Shown piece after piece: positions 38,618 through 49,481 of a stretch of 64,000 nucleotides of DNA; the stretch's first letter is position 1; each line of letters starts with the position of its first letter. Under the pieces are notes generated by a model that saw only the letters and a program-made list of their open reading frames with translations, searched no databases and was not told the DNA's origin. Position numbers and translations under genes: made by a program. Source of the DNA: Patescibacteria group bacterium (GTDB taxonomy: Bacteria; Patescibacteriota; Minisyncoccia; Phycocordibacterales; SIBU01); assembly GCA_040390045.1 (NCBI GenBank), contig JAZJZC010000005.1:3360-67359 (forward strand), given 5' to 3'.

Positions 38618-39449
38618 ATCGAGCTACTCCTTCCTGTTGTTGCGCAAGTGCTTCCGCTACTTGCTGATTGATGAGTTGTAAGGTCGCTAAGGGATCCTTC
38701 GCTTCCGTTATCGGACGTCCGATTACAAGATAATCTGCGCCTGCCGCAATTGCCTCTGATGGCGTTGCGATACGAACCTGATCATCCGCCGCCGCACCTG
38801 CGAGACGAATGCCCGGAGTGATAATTTTGAAACTGGAGCCACACGCGGCATGAATACTCAGTGCTTCGTGAGCTCCAGCCACGGCGCCGTCAAGTCCGCA
38901 AGATTTTGCCAGAAGGGCTAATTTCACCACAAGGTTTCGAACAGTTTTTGCTTGCGCAATTTCAGGCGTAATGCCTTCGACTGCGGCGTAACCTTCGGTT
39001 GTGATCAAACCGATTTCTCGCAAGTCTTCAAATCCAAGACTCGTAAGAATCGTGACGCCGACGAGCAAGGGTTTTCTTGTTAGTCCAAAATTGTATCGGT
39101 CATTTTCCCACACGTCGTCAACAGCTTTTCGTGCAGCCATGAGCATTTTGCGACCACCCAAACAGGGGACATTGATAATCTGCGGTCCCAGGCGAGCAAG
39201 GTTTTTCATAGCTTTGGACACTGTGTTCGCTATGTCGTAGGGTTTAAAGTCTGCGAAAACAGGAACCATTTCCGGGCCAGGAAGACAGGCGAGTGAATCC
39301 ATTGTTGCACTGACGCCTTCGGCATAAAGACGTTCCAGGCCAATTTTCACGCCTGCCACTTCTGCTTGAAGTAATTGTGCCATCGCAATGGCTTCGGCGT
39401 AGCTCATGTTGTCTAAAGCAACAATGACTCGTTTTGACGGGTCTCTCAT
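38601..39449 (-). CDS. pyrF: orotidine-5'-phosphate decarboxylase, long (type 2) form
   Basis: VIVALD, FADFKPYDIANTV and LVIGRPI motifs. High GC. Confidence 0.8.
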   Translation of the reverse strand: MRDPSKRVIVALDNMSYAEAIAMAQLLQAEVAGVKIGLERLYAEGVSATMDSLACLPGPEMVPVFADFKPYDIANTVSKAMKNLARLGPQIINVPCLGGRKMLMAARKAVDDVWENDRYNFGLTRKPLLVGVTILTSLGFEDLREIGLITTEGYAAVEGITPEIAQAKTVRNLVVKLALLAKSCGLDGAVAGAHEALSIHAACGSSFKIITPGIRLAGAAADDQVRIATPSEAIAAGADYLVIGRPITEAKDPLATLQLINQQVAEALAQQQEGVARYARKS

Positions 39450-39570
39450 AGGTTTGTGTGTCGAGGTTCCAATCAGGTGCTGTTTAGCGCCTGTATTTTC
39501 CGAAACGGTCGGAGAAATAGAGTACTGGTTGCAAGTCTACGTGCGGGGTGGAAAAAGGTCAACCCGAAAC

Positions 39571-39715
39571 CTTCCATACGAAAATACGAATTATATACAG
39601 AAATATACGAAAAAATACAAAAACTTTTTAACCCCACTACAATTTTCGTATCATTTCGTATTTTCGTTAGCCCGTATTTCGTATTGAAGGGCTGGCGGTT
39701 TGTGTTGACACATTT
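39571..39715. repeat. dyad-symmetric heptamer-repeat element (TACGAAA units on the left, TTTCGTA units on the right)
   Basis: Read directly. Related elements are at 63297-63422, 56477-56585 and 61395-61510. Confidence 0.5.
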
Positions 39716-39820
39716 TTGAATATGGGTATACTAAACCCATGACCTTCCGAATCGCTACAGTTACTGTTGTTCCCCCAGCTCCAATTAATTTACGGGGCTA
39801 ATTGAATTTACGTATTTTTT

Positions 39821-39858
39821 CAAAACCGCTCCGATGTGTATCGGAGCGGTTTTGTTTT
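39821..39858 (+). terminator. hairpin plus T-run upstream of proB (possible attenuator)
   Basis: AAAACCGCTCCGATG-TGTA-TCGGAGCGGTTTTGTTTT. Confidence 0.5.
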
Positions 39859-39963
39859 GATGGAAGTTCCTAAAAATTTTACGGATTTCCACCAGAACAA
39901 ATATGTTTCTGGTCATGCATAGCGCATGGTTCGACCTTTGAAAACAAAACTTCAGAATTACTT

Positions 39964-40764
39964 ATGAAAACTATCAAACGGCTCGTGATTAAGTTTGGCA
40001 CTGGAACTTTGCTCAACGGTGGAAGTTTCCTTGACTCGGCGGTTTTTTCCCGAGTGGCAGATCAAGTGGTGCGATTGAAAAGACAAGGAGTCGAAGTGAT
40101 TATTGTTACCTCGGCTGGCGTGGTGGCCGGTGGGGAAGAATTGCTAAGGCTTGGTAAAAACCCCAACGCGATTTCAAAAAAGTTGCGCGCGGCAATAGGT
40201 GCCTTACGAATTTTAACCTATTGGGCGGAGGCTTTTTCAAACAGAGGTCTGATTGCCCAATTTTGGGTGACCTATCGCAATTGGTCCGATACGGGTGAAC
40301 GCAGGAGCATTAGAGACACAGCGCTTGAAGCGCTGGCAGCCGGTATTACTCCAGTCTTCAACGAAAATGACCCAGTGTCTGACCTTGAAATTCAGACCAT
40401 GCTCGCGGGCATCAGTGACAATGACTGGCTGGCAGGGAAGATTGCTTGGCTACTTAATGCCGATGCAATTATGTTCTTCTCGGATGTCGAAGCCGTCTTT
40501 GAGAGAAATCCAACGCAGTATGCCGATGCCCGGGCGTACCTGGAAATTGACCCTCACAACATTCCGAAAGAACTTCGCGCGGCAGGCGCAGCGTCAAAAA
40601 CCGGGCGCGGTGGCATGGGTTCAAAAATCATGGCCGCGGCAAAATGCGCGAAGCAGGGCATGCGTGTTTCAATCGCTAGTTTGAACGGCACTGAGTGCAT
40701 TTTGCGGTTTGTCGCCGGCGAGCACGTGGGAACCATGATGGGCACGAAGAATATTCTGAAGTAG
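39964..40764 (+). CDS. proB: glutamate 5-kinase, short form without PUA domain
   Basis: LVIKFGTG, IIVTSAGVVAGG, VFNENDPVS and GRGGMGSK align with E. coli ProB. Confidence 0.7.
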   Translation: MKTIKRLVIKFGTGTLLNGGSFLDSAVFSRVADQVVRLKRQGVEVIIVTSAGVVAGGEELLRLGKNPNAISKKLRAAIGALRILTYWAEAFSNRGLIAQFWVTYRNWSDTGERRSIRDTALEALAAGITPVFNENDPVSDLEIQTMLAGISDNDWLAGKIAWLLNADAIMFFSDVEAVFERNPTQYADARAYLEIDPHNIPKELRAAGAASKTGRGGMGSKIMAAAKCAKQGMRVSIASLNGTECILRFVAGEHVGTMMGTKNILK

Positions 40765-40895
40765 GGAATTAATCTCGACTCAAACTCCGAATTATTTCGG
40801 AGTTTTTTCTTGCCTTATATTCTAATGTTCTCAAGAATATCAGAACATAGTTTGTAATAGATAGAAAATTTCTAGATACCTAATGTTTAGGAATT

Positions 40896-40947
40896 AGCAT
40901 AAAGAAAAAACCCGCTACTTTAGTTAACTAAAGTAGCGGGTTTTTTT
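40896..40947. terminator. bidirectional terminator containing copy 3 of the ACTTTAGTTAACTAAAGT core
   Basis: A6-CCCGCTACTTTAGTT/AACTAAAGTAGCGGG-T7, between convergent genes. Confidence 0.65.
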
Positions 40948-41027
40948 AAATTACGCAAAGATTTCGATTTTTGAATTTAATATTTTTCAGTTTGAATTAA
41001 AAAAACGTTCCAACTAGGGTTGGAACG

Positions 41028-41750
41028 TTAACCTTTCGGGTACAAGATTTCAGCAGCTCGTTTGGCTTCGTTGAGAATTTCCAAGTAATCCCGCTTGATC
41101 AGTTCCTCTGGCCGGAGGTGAGGTTTGGCCGTGCCCGTCGCAATTTGCCGCCAAGCTTCGATTTGAACCTTGTGTTCAACGGGCAGGAGTCTTTCTTGCA
41201 GACTTGCAACAGTGTCATCTGGCAGGATCGCAACCCTCTCACTGTGAATGATAAGCCCTCGGTCAACCACTGGATCAACCACGTGCGCTGTGGCCTCGAT
41301 CCAAGGGTGCGGAATCTTGGCTTTCCGCATGAAGTACAGAGTGGCGCAGGGAACCCTCGCACCATGCATTCCTGTGCCGCCAAAGTCGGGATAGCCCGGG
41401 TCGGTTGCGCCCGGGTGCTGGTTGTTCGTTCTTTCAGGGAACAGGTTAATGACGTTCAGCGGAGTGGTAGGAAGCCAACCGTGCTGGCCGATAGCGGTGA
41501 CCTCATATTTTTCGAACGATGAGATAAGAGCTCTGCCAAACTGAATGCCGTCTTGAAAGTCTTTACGCCTCACGACCTCACAGATCAACTTTCTTTCAAG
41601 AGCTTTTTTGATACCTCCAGCATCAGGCCGGCTGACAATGACGCAAGCGATTTCTACCAAACCTTGAAGCGGTCCAGTGCGAGTGGCTTCCTCAATGGCC
41701 ATGGCGGTGGTTCCTCCTCCTGAAATCAGGAGCGCGAGTCGAAGTGGCTT
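41028..41750 (-). CDS. purN: phosphoribosylglycinamide formyltransferase-like (Formyl_trans_N family, PurN-like); the track ORF extends to 41813
   Basis: LRLALLISGGGT N-terminus and HVVDPVVDRGLIIHSERVAILPDDTVASLQERL, resembling the PurN C-terminal segment. High GC. Confidence 0.6.
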   Translation of the reverse strand, partial: KPLRLALLISGGGTTAMAIEEATRTGPLQGLVEIACVIVSRPDAGGIKKALERKLICEVVRRKDFQDGIQFGRALISSFEKYEVTAIGQHGWLPTTPLNVINLFPERTNNQHPGATDPGYPDFGGTGMHGARVPCATLYFMRKAKIPHPWIEATAHVVDPVVDRGLIIHSERVAILPDDTVASLQERLLPVEHKVQIEAWRQIATGTAKPHLRPEELIKRDYLEILNEAKRAAEILYPKG

Positions 41751-41870
41751 CATAATTTTCAATCTACCAAAGTTTTTCTGCCTTGATACTACTGATTTAA
41801 AATAAAAATGCAAGATTAATGATCTTTCGGTGGCAGTGTGTTACTATTTTTTTAGTAAATCTTAGAACAC

Positions 41871-42410
41871 TTGTATATGCAAAAAATAGGTTGGTTCCCA
41901 TTTGGCTTCATGGCGCTGCTTATCGGCGGGGCAGTTGTAACTATTGTTTGGATGTGCCTCGATGATAAGCGCAAAAATCGTTTGAGGAGAGAGGGTGCGT
42001 TGGCAAGAGGGCGAGAATACCTGGAGCAATTCCGTCGATTGGAAATGGATGCGGAGACGCTTTTTCATCGATTGAGAAATGAGGGATTACGCTGTTGGGA
42101 TATCGATATCAGTGATCTTGAGATTTGGACAGTAGAGATCCAATATCAAAAGGGACGATTGTTAAAACTCGAATCCGAGATTAACCATTTGGGGCCGACT
42201 ATCGAAGCACTTCGTGGCAATCAATTGATTCCTATGGAAGACTGGCTCGATTTCCTCGGACCATTGGTGGCGGGACGTAGAGAGTTGCGTTTATTGTGTG
42301 ATCAAATCTCGCAGAGAATCAAAGAAGTGGAGAAGTGGAAGGCCGACGAGGAAGCTCGGTTAAAGCGGCGCCAAATTTCAAAAGCCCTCGAGACTACAGT
42401 CATTACTTGA
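41871..42410 (+). CDS. hypothetical membrane-anchored coiled-coil protein
   Basis: N-terminal TM helix, a charged helical remainder and a terminator hairpin at 42427-42455. Confidence 0.45.
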   Translation: MYMQKIGWFPFGFMALLIGGAVVTIVWMCLDDKRKNRLRREGALARGREYLEQFRRLEMDAETLFHRLRNEGLRCWDIDISDLEIWTVEIQYQKGRLLKLESEINHLGPTIEALRGNQLIPMEDWLDFLGPLVAGRRELRLLCDQISQRIKEVEKWKADEEARLKRRQISKALETTVIT

Positions 42411-42497
42411 GGTAATAATGTTTGTAAGCGGCCTTTTTCTAAAGCCGCTTTTTTATATAAAAACTTTGCACAGATGGCAGTTTTAAAATTCTATAAA

Positions 42498-42764
42498 TTA
42501 TTTTTCGCCATCCTCTCGTTTTTTCTGCCATTCTGCCATGGCGCCAGAGCCAGTTTGAAAATTTTGTCGACGAGAGACTGGAGGAGTCGGTGCTGGGCGT
42601 CGAGTTCGTCGACGCTCTCGTTTTTCAACTGCCGCAGCAATTATCGCTTTAGTTTTTTTATCAAACTCTTCGTCAGGCTCTTTGCCGGCTTCCACATATT
42701 CTCGAGCCAGATCAAAAGCCTCTTTGTTTGCCACTCTCGGTACAAATTTTGCTCCTTCTTCCAT
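42498..42764 (-). CDS. hypothetical small charged protein
   Basis: 88-aa ORF. Its composition is more protein-like than the overlapping plus-strand ORF. Confidence 0.3.
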   Translation of the reverse strand: MEEGAKFVPRVANKEAFDLAREYVEAGKEPDEEFDKKTKAIIAAAVEKRERRRTRRPAPTPPVSRRQNFQTGSGAMAEWQKKREDGEK

Positions 42765-42884
42765 GTAGTAATTTTAACGTTCTTTGCAAATCATCACAAG
42801 TGACAATTTCATTTATTTTTAGTAAGAATTGTTAGTTTTGCTATTTTGGACTATTGTGATATGTTTTGAATAGCATAGAATCTT

Positions 42885-43079
42885 ATGGAAAAAAGAATAA
42901 AAAGCAACGGCAATTGCACACGACACGGATGTTCGGGTACTGTGCGTGTTTCTCGGTATAATAGCCAGCGTGCTGAATGTGACACATGCGGTCAAACGTA
43001 TGGAGAGACGGAGAGTTCGTGGACTGAAAGCAGGCGGTATGTCCAGAAAAGTTTTAAGCGGAATACGTTTCCGCAATAA
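42885..43079 (+). CDS. hypothetical zinc-ribbon-like small protein
   Basis: CTRHGC...CDTC cysteine pairs, 64 aa. Confidence 0.2.
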   Translation: MEKRIKSNGNCTRHGCSGTVRVSRYNSQRAECDTCGQTYGETESSWTESRRYVQKSFKRNTFPQ

Positions 43080-43111
43080 TTCCACTTCAACCGCCAAAAA
43101 ATTGGCGGTTT

Positions 43112-43558
43112 TTACTTGCGATATTTTTTCGATTTCCACTTGTCAGCAATTTTGACGCGTGTGAGCGAGCGTTCGAGTTCGGCGGAGAAATGTTCGAAGT
43201 TCACTACTTCTTTATTAGCCATTTGTTTTTGCAATTCCTCTGCGCGTAACTTAGCTTTGGCGATGATATCGTCAGAAAGATCAGATACATGTTCAGCAAA
43301 ATCAGCCAAAACTGCGACTGTTGTTTGCCCCGATTCATTTTTTTTGATCTCAACAAACCCGCCGGCCACTGCCATTGGAATATGCTCACCGTTTGAAACT
43401 GCCACGACATCACCTGATTTTAAATTTGCGATGAGCGGAATGTGGTCAGGCAAAATGGTCAATTCTCCTTCGGTTGTTGGGAAGGTAACCTGATCAACTT
43501 CCTCGTCGAGGATCAGGCGTTCTGGGGTGATGATTTTTAGTTTAAGTTTTTTAGCCAT
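43112..43558 (-). CDS. atpC: F1 ATP synthase epsilon subunit
   Basis: Operon position after beta, about 148 aa, with a typical N-terminal beta-sandwich sequence. Confidence 0.85.
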   Translation of the reverse strand: MAKKLKLKIITPERLILDEEVDQVTFPTTEGELTILPDHIPLIANLKSGDVVAVSNGEHIPMAVAGGFVEIKKNESGQTTVAVLADFAEHVSDLSDDIIAKAKLRAEELQKQMANKEVVNFEHFSAELERSLTRVKIADKWKSKKYRK

Positions 43559-43573
43559 AGACTTCGGGCCATT

Positions 43574-44956
<1,383 letters not shown>

Positions 44957-45015
44957 TTATAAACTTTCTTAATACATTCGGCCTGGTGGCCTCAGTATTT
45001 CGTCGCCTACGCTCC

Positions 45016-45927
45016 TCAACTCACACTCGCCATTCCCGCGCTAATCTCCGAAATTTCCTGGGTGATTGATGCTTGTCTGGCTTTGTTAAATACCAGTGTC
45101 AGGTCATCAATCATTTCTCCCGCGGCGTCTGAAGCGTTTTTCATTGCGACCATTCGTGAAGATTGTTCAGAAGCATTCGATTCAAGGAGCATTTGATACA
45201 GTTGCATGCGGGTCAATTTTTCGGCGAGTGAACCGAGGAGTTTATTTTTGTCGCCCTCGATCAAATAGTCAACCTTGCCGTTTCCGCCCTGACTTTGAGG
45301 TGAAGTCTCCAGGTCGGGGCTTTTTCCTAAGTCGTCTATCAATTCTTTAAGGTCACTTTTTGATACTGGCAGGATTTGTTTAATATTAGCTGTTTGTGTT
45401 ATCGCCGATTTGAAGTCTGTATATGCAACGAGAACCTTGTCATAATTTCCAGTTGAAAATTCCTCCATCGCCATTCTTGAAATAGGCATAATGTCGGAAA
45501 GGGAAATATTTGCAGGAAGTTCGGTAAATGAGGCGATGATTTTTTTGCCGACACGGCGCATAGCGGTGTCGCCTTTTCTTCCTACGGTAAGCAAATCAAC
45601 ATTCTGCTGTTTTCGCAGCAGGGTTAATGTTTTCTTAATCACTTGTGAATTATATGCGCCGCAAAGTCCGCGGTTTGAGGTGATAAGTATTAAAAGAGTG
45701 TTGTTACGTGTTACGTGTTCCATGAATAACGGGTGAGTGACTTCATCCAAATTTTTGCCGATTGATTGCAAAATTTCCCACGAATATTCAGCGTACAGGC
45801 GCGACGCAAGCGTAGACGCCACCGCACGCTTCATCTTCGAAGCCGCCACGAGCTCCATGGCCTTGGTGATTTTCCGCGTGCTCTTCACGCTCTTTATTCG
45901 TCTTTTAATTTCTTTTGCGCCGGCCAT
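45016..45927 (-). CDS. atpG: F1 ATP synthase gamma subunit
   Basis: MAGAKEIKRRIKSVKSTRKITKAMELVAASKMKRA conserved N-terminus. Confidence 0.9.
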   Translation of the reverse strand: MAGAKEIKRRIKSVKSTRKITKAMELVAASKMKRAVASTLASRLYAEYSWEILQSIGKNLDEVTHPLFMEHVTRNNTLLILITSNRGLCGAYNSQVIKKTLTLLRKQQNVDLLTVGRKGDTAMRRVGKKIIASFTELPANISLSDIMPISRMAMEEFSTGNYDKVLVAYTDFKSAITQTANIKQILPVSKSDLKELIDDLGKSPDLETSPQSQGGNGKVDYLIEGDKNKLLGSLAEKLTRMQLYQMLLESNASEQSSRMVAMKNASDAAGEMIDDLTLVFNKARQASITQEISEISAGMASVS

Positions 45928-45989
45928 AAAATAGATTTAAGATTTATGATTCAAGATTTAAGTTAAGGAATTCAATTTGTTCAAGCTAT

Positions 45990-46664
45990 TTATTCTTCTT
46001 TACTACGAGCTTTTGCTATTATGTCATCCAGCCTTTCATCTGATTCATGCATAAATCGTTTGGATAAACCTCTAAAATCTTGCTCGATTTCAGGAGGCAA
46101 CACGAATCCAAGTTCTGCGGCAAGAGTAAAAAATTCTGGGAAATAATACAAATGATTTCCAAGTGCAAAAGAAAGATTACTCCACTTTCTTTTTTCATCA
46201 GAGCCTTCGACTAACTGGGGATCTTTCTCTATTTCGGTTTCTCGTCTCTCAACGAGCTCAATATTAGTGGCTAACTGTTCAAGTGCAGACTGTAAAGCTT
46301 TTGCCATAATAGATGAGAAATATTTTAAAATTTCTTCCCTAAAAGATTTAACATCTAAACCCTCAGACTCTGCAACGTCAAGACCCTCATTTATTTTTTT
46401 TATTAAATCCATTAAGGCAAATGCCGAGGGAGCATCAATGAGAGTTTGACTAGCAATTTCTTCTATTCTTTCCAGTGTGTTCGGTAAAAGTGATACAAGC
46501 GGATATTGTTGTTCATAAAGGGTATAATTATCATCCGTTCGTTGATCACGTGGTAAGTTATCCAATTTTTTCTTTTTATACTCTAAAAAAGCCGCCTTTA
46601 GAGGCTCAGGAATTTCTATTTTTTGCAAGCCTAAAGGCTGGGATAATTTTTCTACTCCATTCAT
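45990..46664 (-). CDS. hypothetical 224-aa protein inserted between atpA and atpG
   Basis: Clean ORF on the operon strand filling the atpA-atpG gap. Charged and helical, with no recognised motif. Confidence 0.5.
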   Translation of the reverse strand: MNGVEKLSQPLGLQKIEIPEPLKAAFLEYKKKKLDNLPRDQRTDDNYTLYEQQYPLVSLLPNTLERIEEIASQTLIDAPSAFALMDLIKKINEGLDVAESEGLDVKSFREEILKYFSSIMAKALQSALEQLATNIELVERRETEIEKDPQLVEGSDEKRKWSNLSFALGNHLYYFPEFFTLAAELGFVLPPEIEQDFRGLSKRFMHESDERLDDIIAKARSKEE

Positions 46665-46670
46665 ATGTAT

Positions 46671-48173
46671 TTATTTCGTAAATGTCGTTTTGAATTCAGC
46701 AATAACTTTCTTCAACTCTGCCTCGCCGGCTTCCGTCCACATTTTAGTGTCGGTGACATCTTTGAAGAAAACTTTAGCGTTGCTTTCGGCATAATCAACA
46801 AGACCAGCTTCGAATTCTTTGATCTTGGCTACTGGAACATCATCCATGAAGCCTTTCACCAAAGCGTAAAGGGTAACAACTTGATGAATGGTTTTAACTG
46901 GTGCGTATTGAGGTTGTTTGAGCACTTCAACGGCGCGTTTGCCACGTTCGAGTTGGCGTTTGGTGCTTTCGTCAAGATCAGAACCGAATTGAGAAAAGGC
47001 TTCGAGTTCGCGGTACTGCGCGAGTTCGAGTTTCAAAGTTCCGGCCACTTTTTTCATAGCTTTGATTTGGGCTGAAGAACCGACGCGAGAAACCGAGTTA
47101 CCAACGTTGACGGCTGGGCGGATACCTTTGTAGAAAAGATCAGTTTCCAAGAAAATTTGACCATCAGTGATCGAAATTACGTTGGTTGGAATGTAGGCAG
47201 AAATATCTCCGGCCTGAGTTTCAATAATTGGAAGCGCGGTGATTGAACCGCCACCATATTTTGCATTTCGTCGGCAGGCGCGTTCCAAAAGGCGAGAGTG
47301 AAGATAGAAGACATCACCTGGATAGGCTTCGCGGCCTGGTGGACGTCGGAGCAAGAGGGAAATTTCGCGGTAGGCGACGGCATGCTTTGAAAGATCATCG
47401 TAAATAATCAAAACATCTTTTCCTTGATCCATAAAATATTCGGCAATTGAAACGCCGGTGTACGGAGCAATGTAGGAAAGCGCGGCCGACTCCGAAGATC
47501 CAGCGGAGACAATGACGGTGTAGGCCATCGCGCCTCCTTCTTCAAGTCGAGTTTGCAATTTGCGAAGTTTGGAATCTTTTTGGCCGATTGAAACGTAGAC
47601 GCAGATCATGTTTTGACCCTTTTGGTTTAGAATCGTGTCGATAGCGATAGCAGTTTTTCCGGTCTGGCGATCGCCGATCAAAAGTTCTCGTTGGCCACGG
47701 CCGATTGGGATCAAGGCGTCGATTGATTTGATTCCGGTTTGGACTGGTTGGTCAACACTTTGGCGAGTTACAACTCCTGGAGCCACTTTTTCAATTGGGT
47801 AGGTTTTGGCAGATTTGATTGCGCCCTTGCCGTCGATTGGTTCTCCAAGTGCGTTGAGCACACGGCCGATATGTGAATCGGACACAGGAACTTCAAGAAT
47901 TTTTCCAGTAGCTTTCACCTCATCTCCTTCTTTAATTTTTGAGAAATCGCCGAGAATGATGACACCGACAGAATCCTCGTCGAGGTTAAGGGCAACGCCT
48001 AGCTCGCCGTTTGGAAAGAGCACCATTTCAGAGGCTTTGATGTCTCCCAAGCCGGAAATTTTAGCGATACCGTCGAACACTTCGACAACATGGCCGATTT
48101 TTTCTGTCTTGGCTTCAAATTGAAACTTTTCAATTTGTTTTTTTAAATTCTCAACGATAGTGTTGTTTGCCAT
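46671..48173 (-). CDS. atpA: F1 ATP synthase alpha subunit
   Basis: GDRQTGKT Walker A, 500 aa. Confidence 0.95.
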   Translation of the reverse strand: MANNTIVENLKKQIEKFQFEAKTEKIGHVVEVFDGIAKISGLGDIKASEMVLFPNGELGVALNLDEDSVGVIILGDFSKIKEGDEVKATGKILEVPVSDSHIGRVLNALGEPIDGKGAIKSAKTYPIEKVAPGVVTRQSVDQPVQTGIKSIDALIPIGRGQRELLIGDRQTGKTAIAIDTILNQKGQNMICVYVSIGQKDSKLRKLQTRLEEGGAMAYTVIVSAGSSESAALSYIAPYTGVSIAEYFMDQGKDVLIIYDDLSKHAVAYREISLLLRRPPGREAYPGDVFYLHSRLLERACRRNAKYGGGSITALPIIETQAGDISAYIPTNVISITDGQIFLETDLFYKGIRPAVNVGNSVSRVGSSAQIKAMKKVAGTLKLELAQYRELEAFSQFGSDLDESTKRQLERGKRAVEVLKQPQYAPVKTIHQVVTLYALVKGFMDDVPVAKIKEFEAGLVDYAESNAKVFFKDVTDTKMWTEAGEAELKKVIAEFKTTFTK

Positions 48174-48174
48174 G

Positions 48175-48582
48175 TTAGTTTGTCATTAAATATTCTTGCA
48201 ATCGATCGACTCTATGTTTCAGTGAAAGGTCTAAGATTTCTCCGCCAGCTTCTATCTTTACTCCGCCGAGTAGGGACTTATCTTCTTTCCATTCTATCCT
48301 CGGAGTTTTACTTTTGTGTCGGGCTTTCAGAAGTGTCTCAATTTTTTCTTCAGCGCTCTTGCTTAAGGGATTTTTGCTCGAAACTTTTGCTCGTACAATG
48401 TTTTGTTCGGTATCAGAAAGTTGAGTGATGTAATTTAAAATTTCTGGCGTTTTTGATAGCAAATTTTTTTTGGCTAAAAATTCTACCGCCATTTTTAAAG
48501 CACTATCAAGTTCCGCACCCGTTTTATTTTTTGCGGACTGGTAGATTGCTTCTGCGATATTTTTGCTGGAAAATTTGGCCAT
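48175..48582 (-). CDS. atpH: F1 ATP synthase delta subunit (OSCP)
   Basis: Position between b and alpha, 135 aa and helical. Confidence 0.75.
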   Translation of the reverse strand: MAKFSSKNIAEAIYQSAKNKTGAELDSALKMAVEFLAKKNLLSKTPEILNYITQLSDTEQNIVRAKVSSKNPLSKSAEEKIETLLKARHKSKTPRIEWKEDKSLLGGVKIEAGGEILDLSLKHRVDRLQEYLMTN

Positions 48583-48600
48583 GATGGGAAGGTGGAAGAT

Positions 48601-49065
48601 TTATTTGTTAGACATTTGCTCGGATTGCTTTTCAAGAAGCTTCTTAGTGGCCTCAATTGCAAGAGTGACAACCTCCTTTCGGGCATCTTCAACCATTTTC
48701 ACCTTTTCGGCTTCCATGGTTTTCTTGGTGTTCGCCATCATTTTGGCAACATCAGCTTTTGCTTCCTCGATCATTTCAGTTCGTTTGGCCTCGGCTTTTT
48801 TGCGACCATCTTGGAAAATGGTTTGGGCTTCCGCGCGAGCCTGGGCGAGCGCGGCTTCGTATTCTGCTTTTGTCGCGGTCAAAAGTTCAGCGTTAGTTTT
48901 GGCATCATGTACACCTCGGGCAATTTTCTCAGAACGCTCAGCCATCAATTTATTGAGAGGTTTAAGCGCGAAAATGTAGACTACGATAAAAACAATCGCG
49001 AAGTTGATGGCTTGGGCGATAATAATGTGCCAATCTATATGAAAAGTATTGATTATTGATTCCAT
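48601..49065 (-). CDS. atpF: Fo ATP synthase subunit b
   Basis: N-terminal TM helix followed by a long charged helix. Confidence 0.85.
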   Translation of the reverse strand: MESIINTFHIDWHIIIAQAINFAIVFIVVYIFALKPLNKLMAERSEKIARGVHDAKTNAELLTATKAEYEAALAQARAEAQTIFQDGRKKAEAKRTEMIEEAKADVAKMMANTKKTMEAEKVKMVEDARKEVVTLAIEATKKLLEKQSEQMSNK

Positions 49066-49186
49066 AAAAAAGATTTAAGACCTGCCTGCCGGCAGGCAGG
49101 TTTATACTGTCGTGATTAAGCGGACAGTTGGAGATTTAATTCGCTACTGCGAATTAAATCTAGAAACTGACAACTTGAGGCGAAAG

Positions 49187-49402
<216 letters not shown>

Positions 49403-49481
49403 TTAAATTAATTAATAAATGTTTGACCTTTACCTTCTGATATCTTATTAAAAATACCAAAAGGCAACCTTCAAATTTCAG

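Noticed and set aside
42474-42803. 109-aa plus-strand ORF (MAVLKFYKLFFAILSFF...).
   Set aside because: Poly-Phe/Ser low-complexity translation of AT-rich DNA. The opposite-strand 88-aa ORF looks more plausible, but it is also uncertain.
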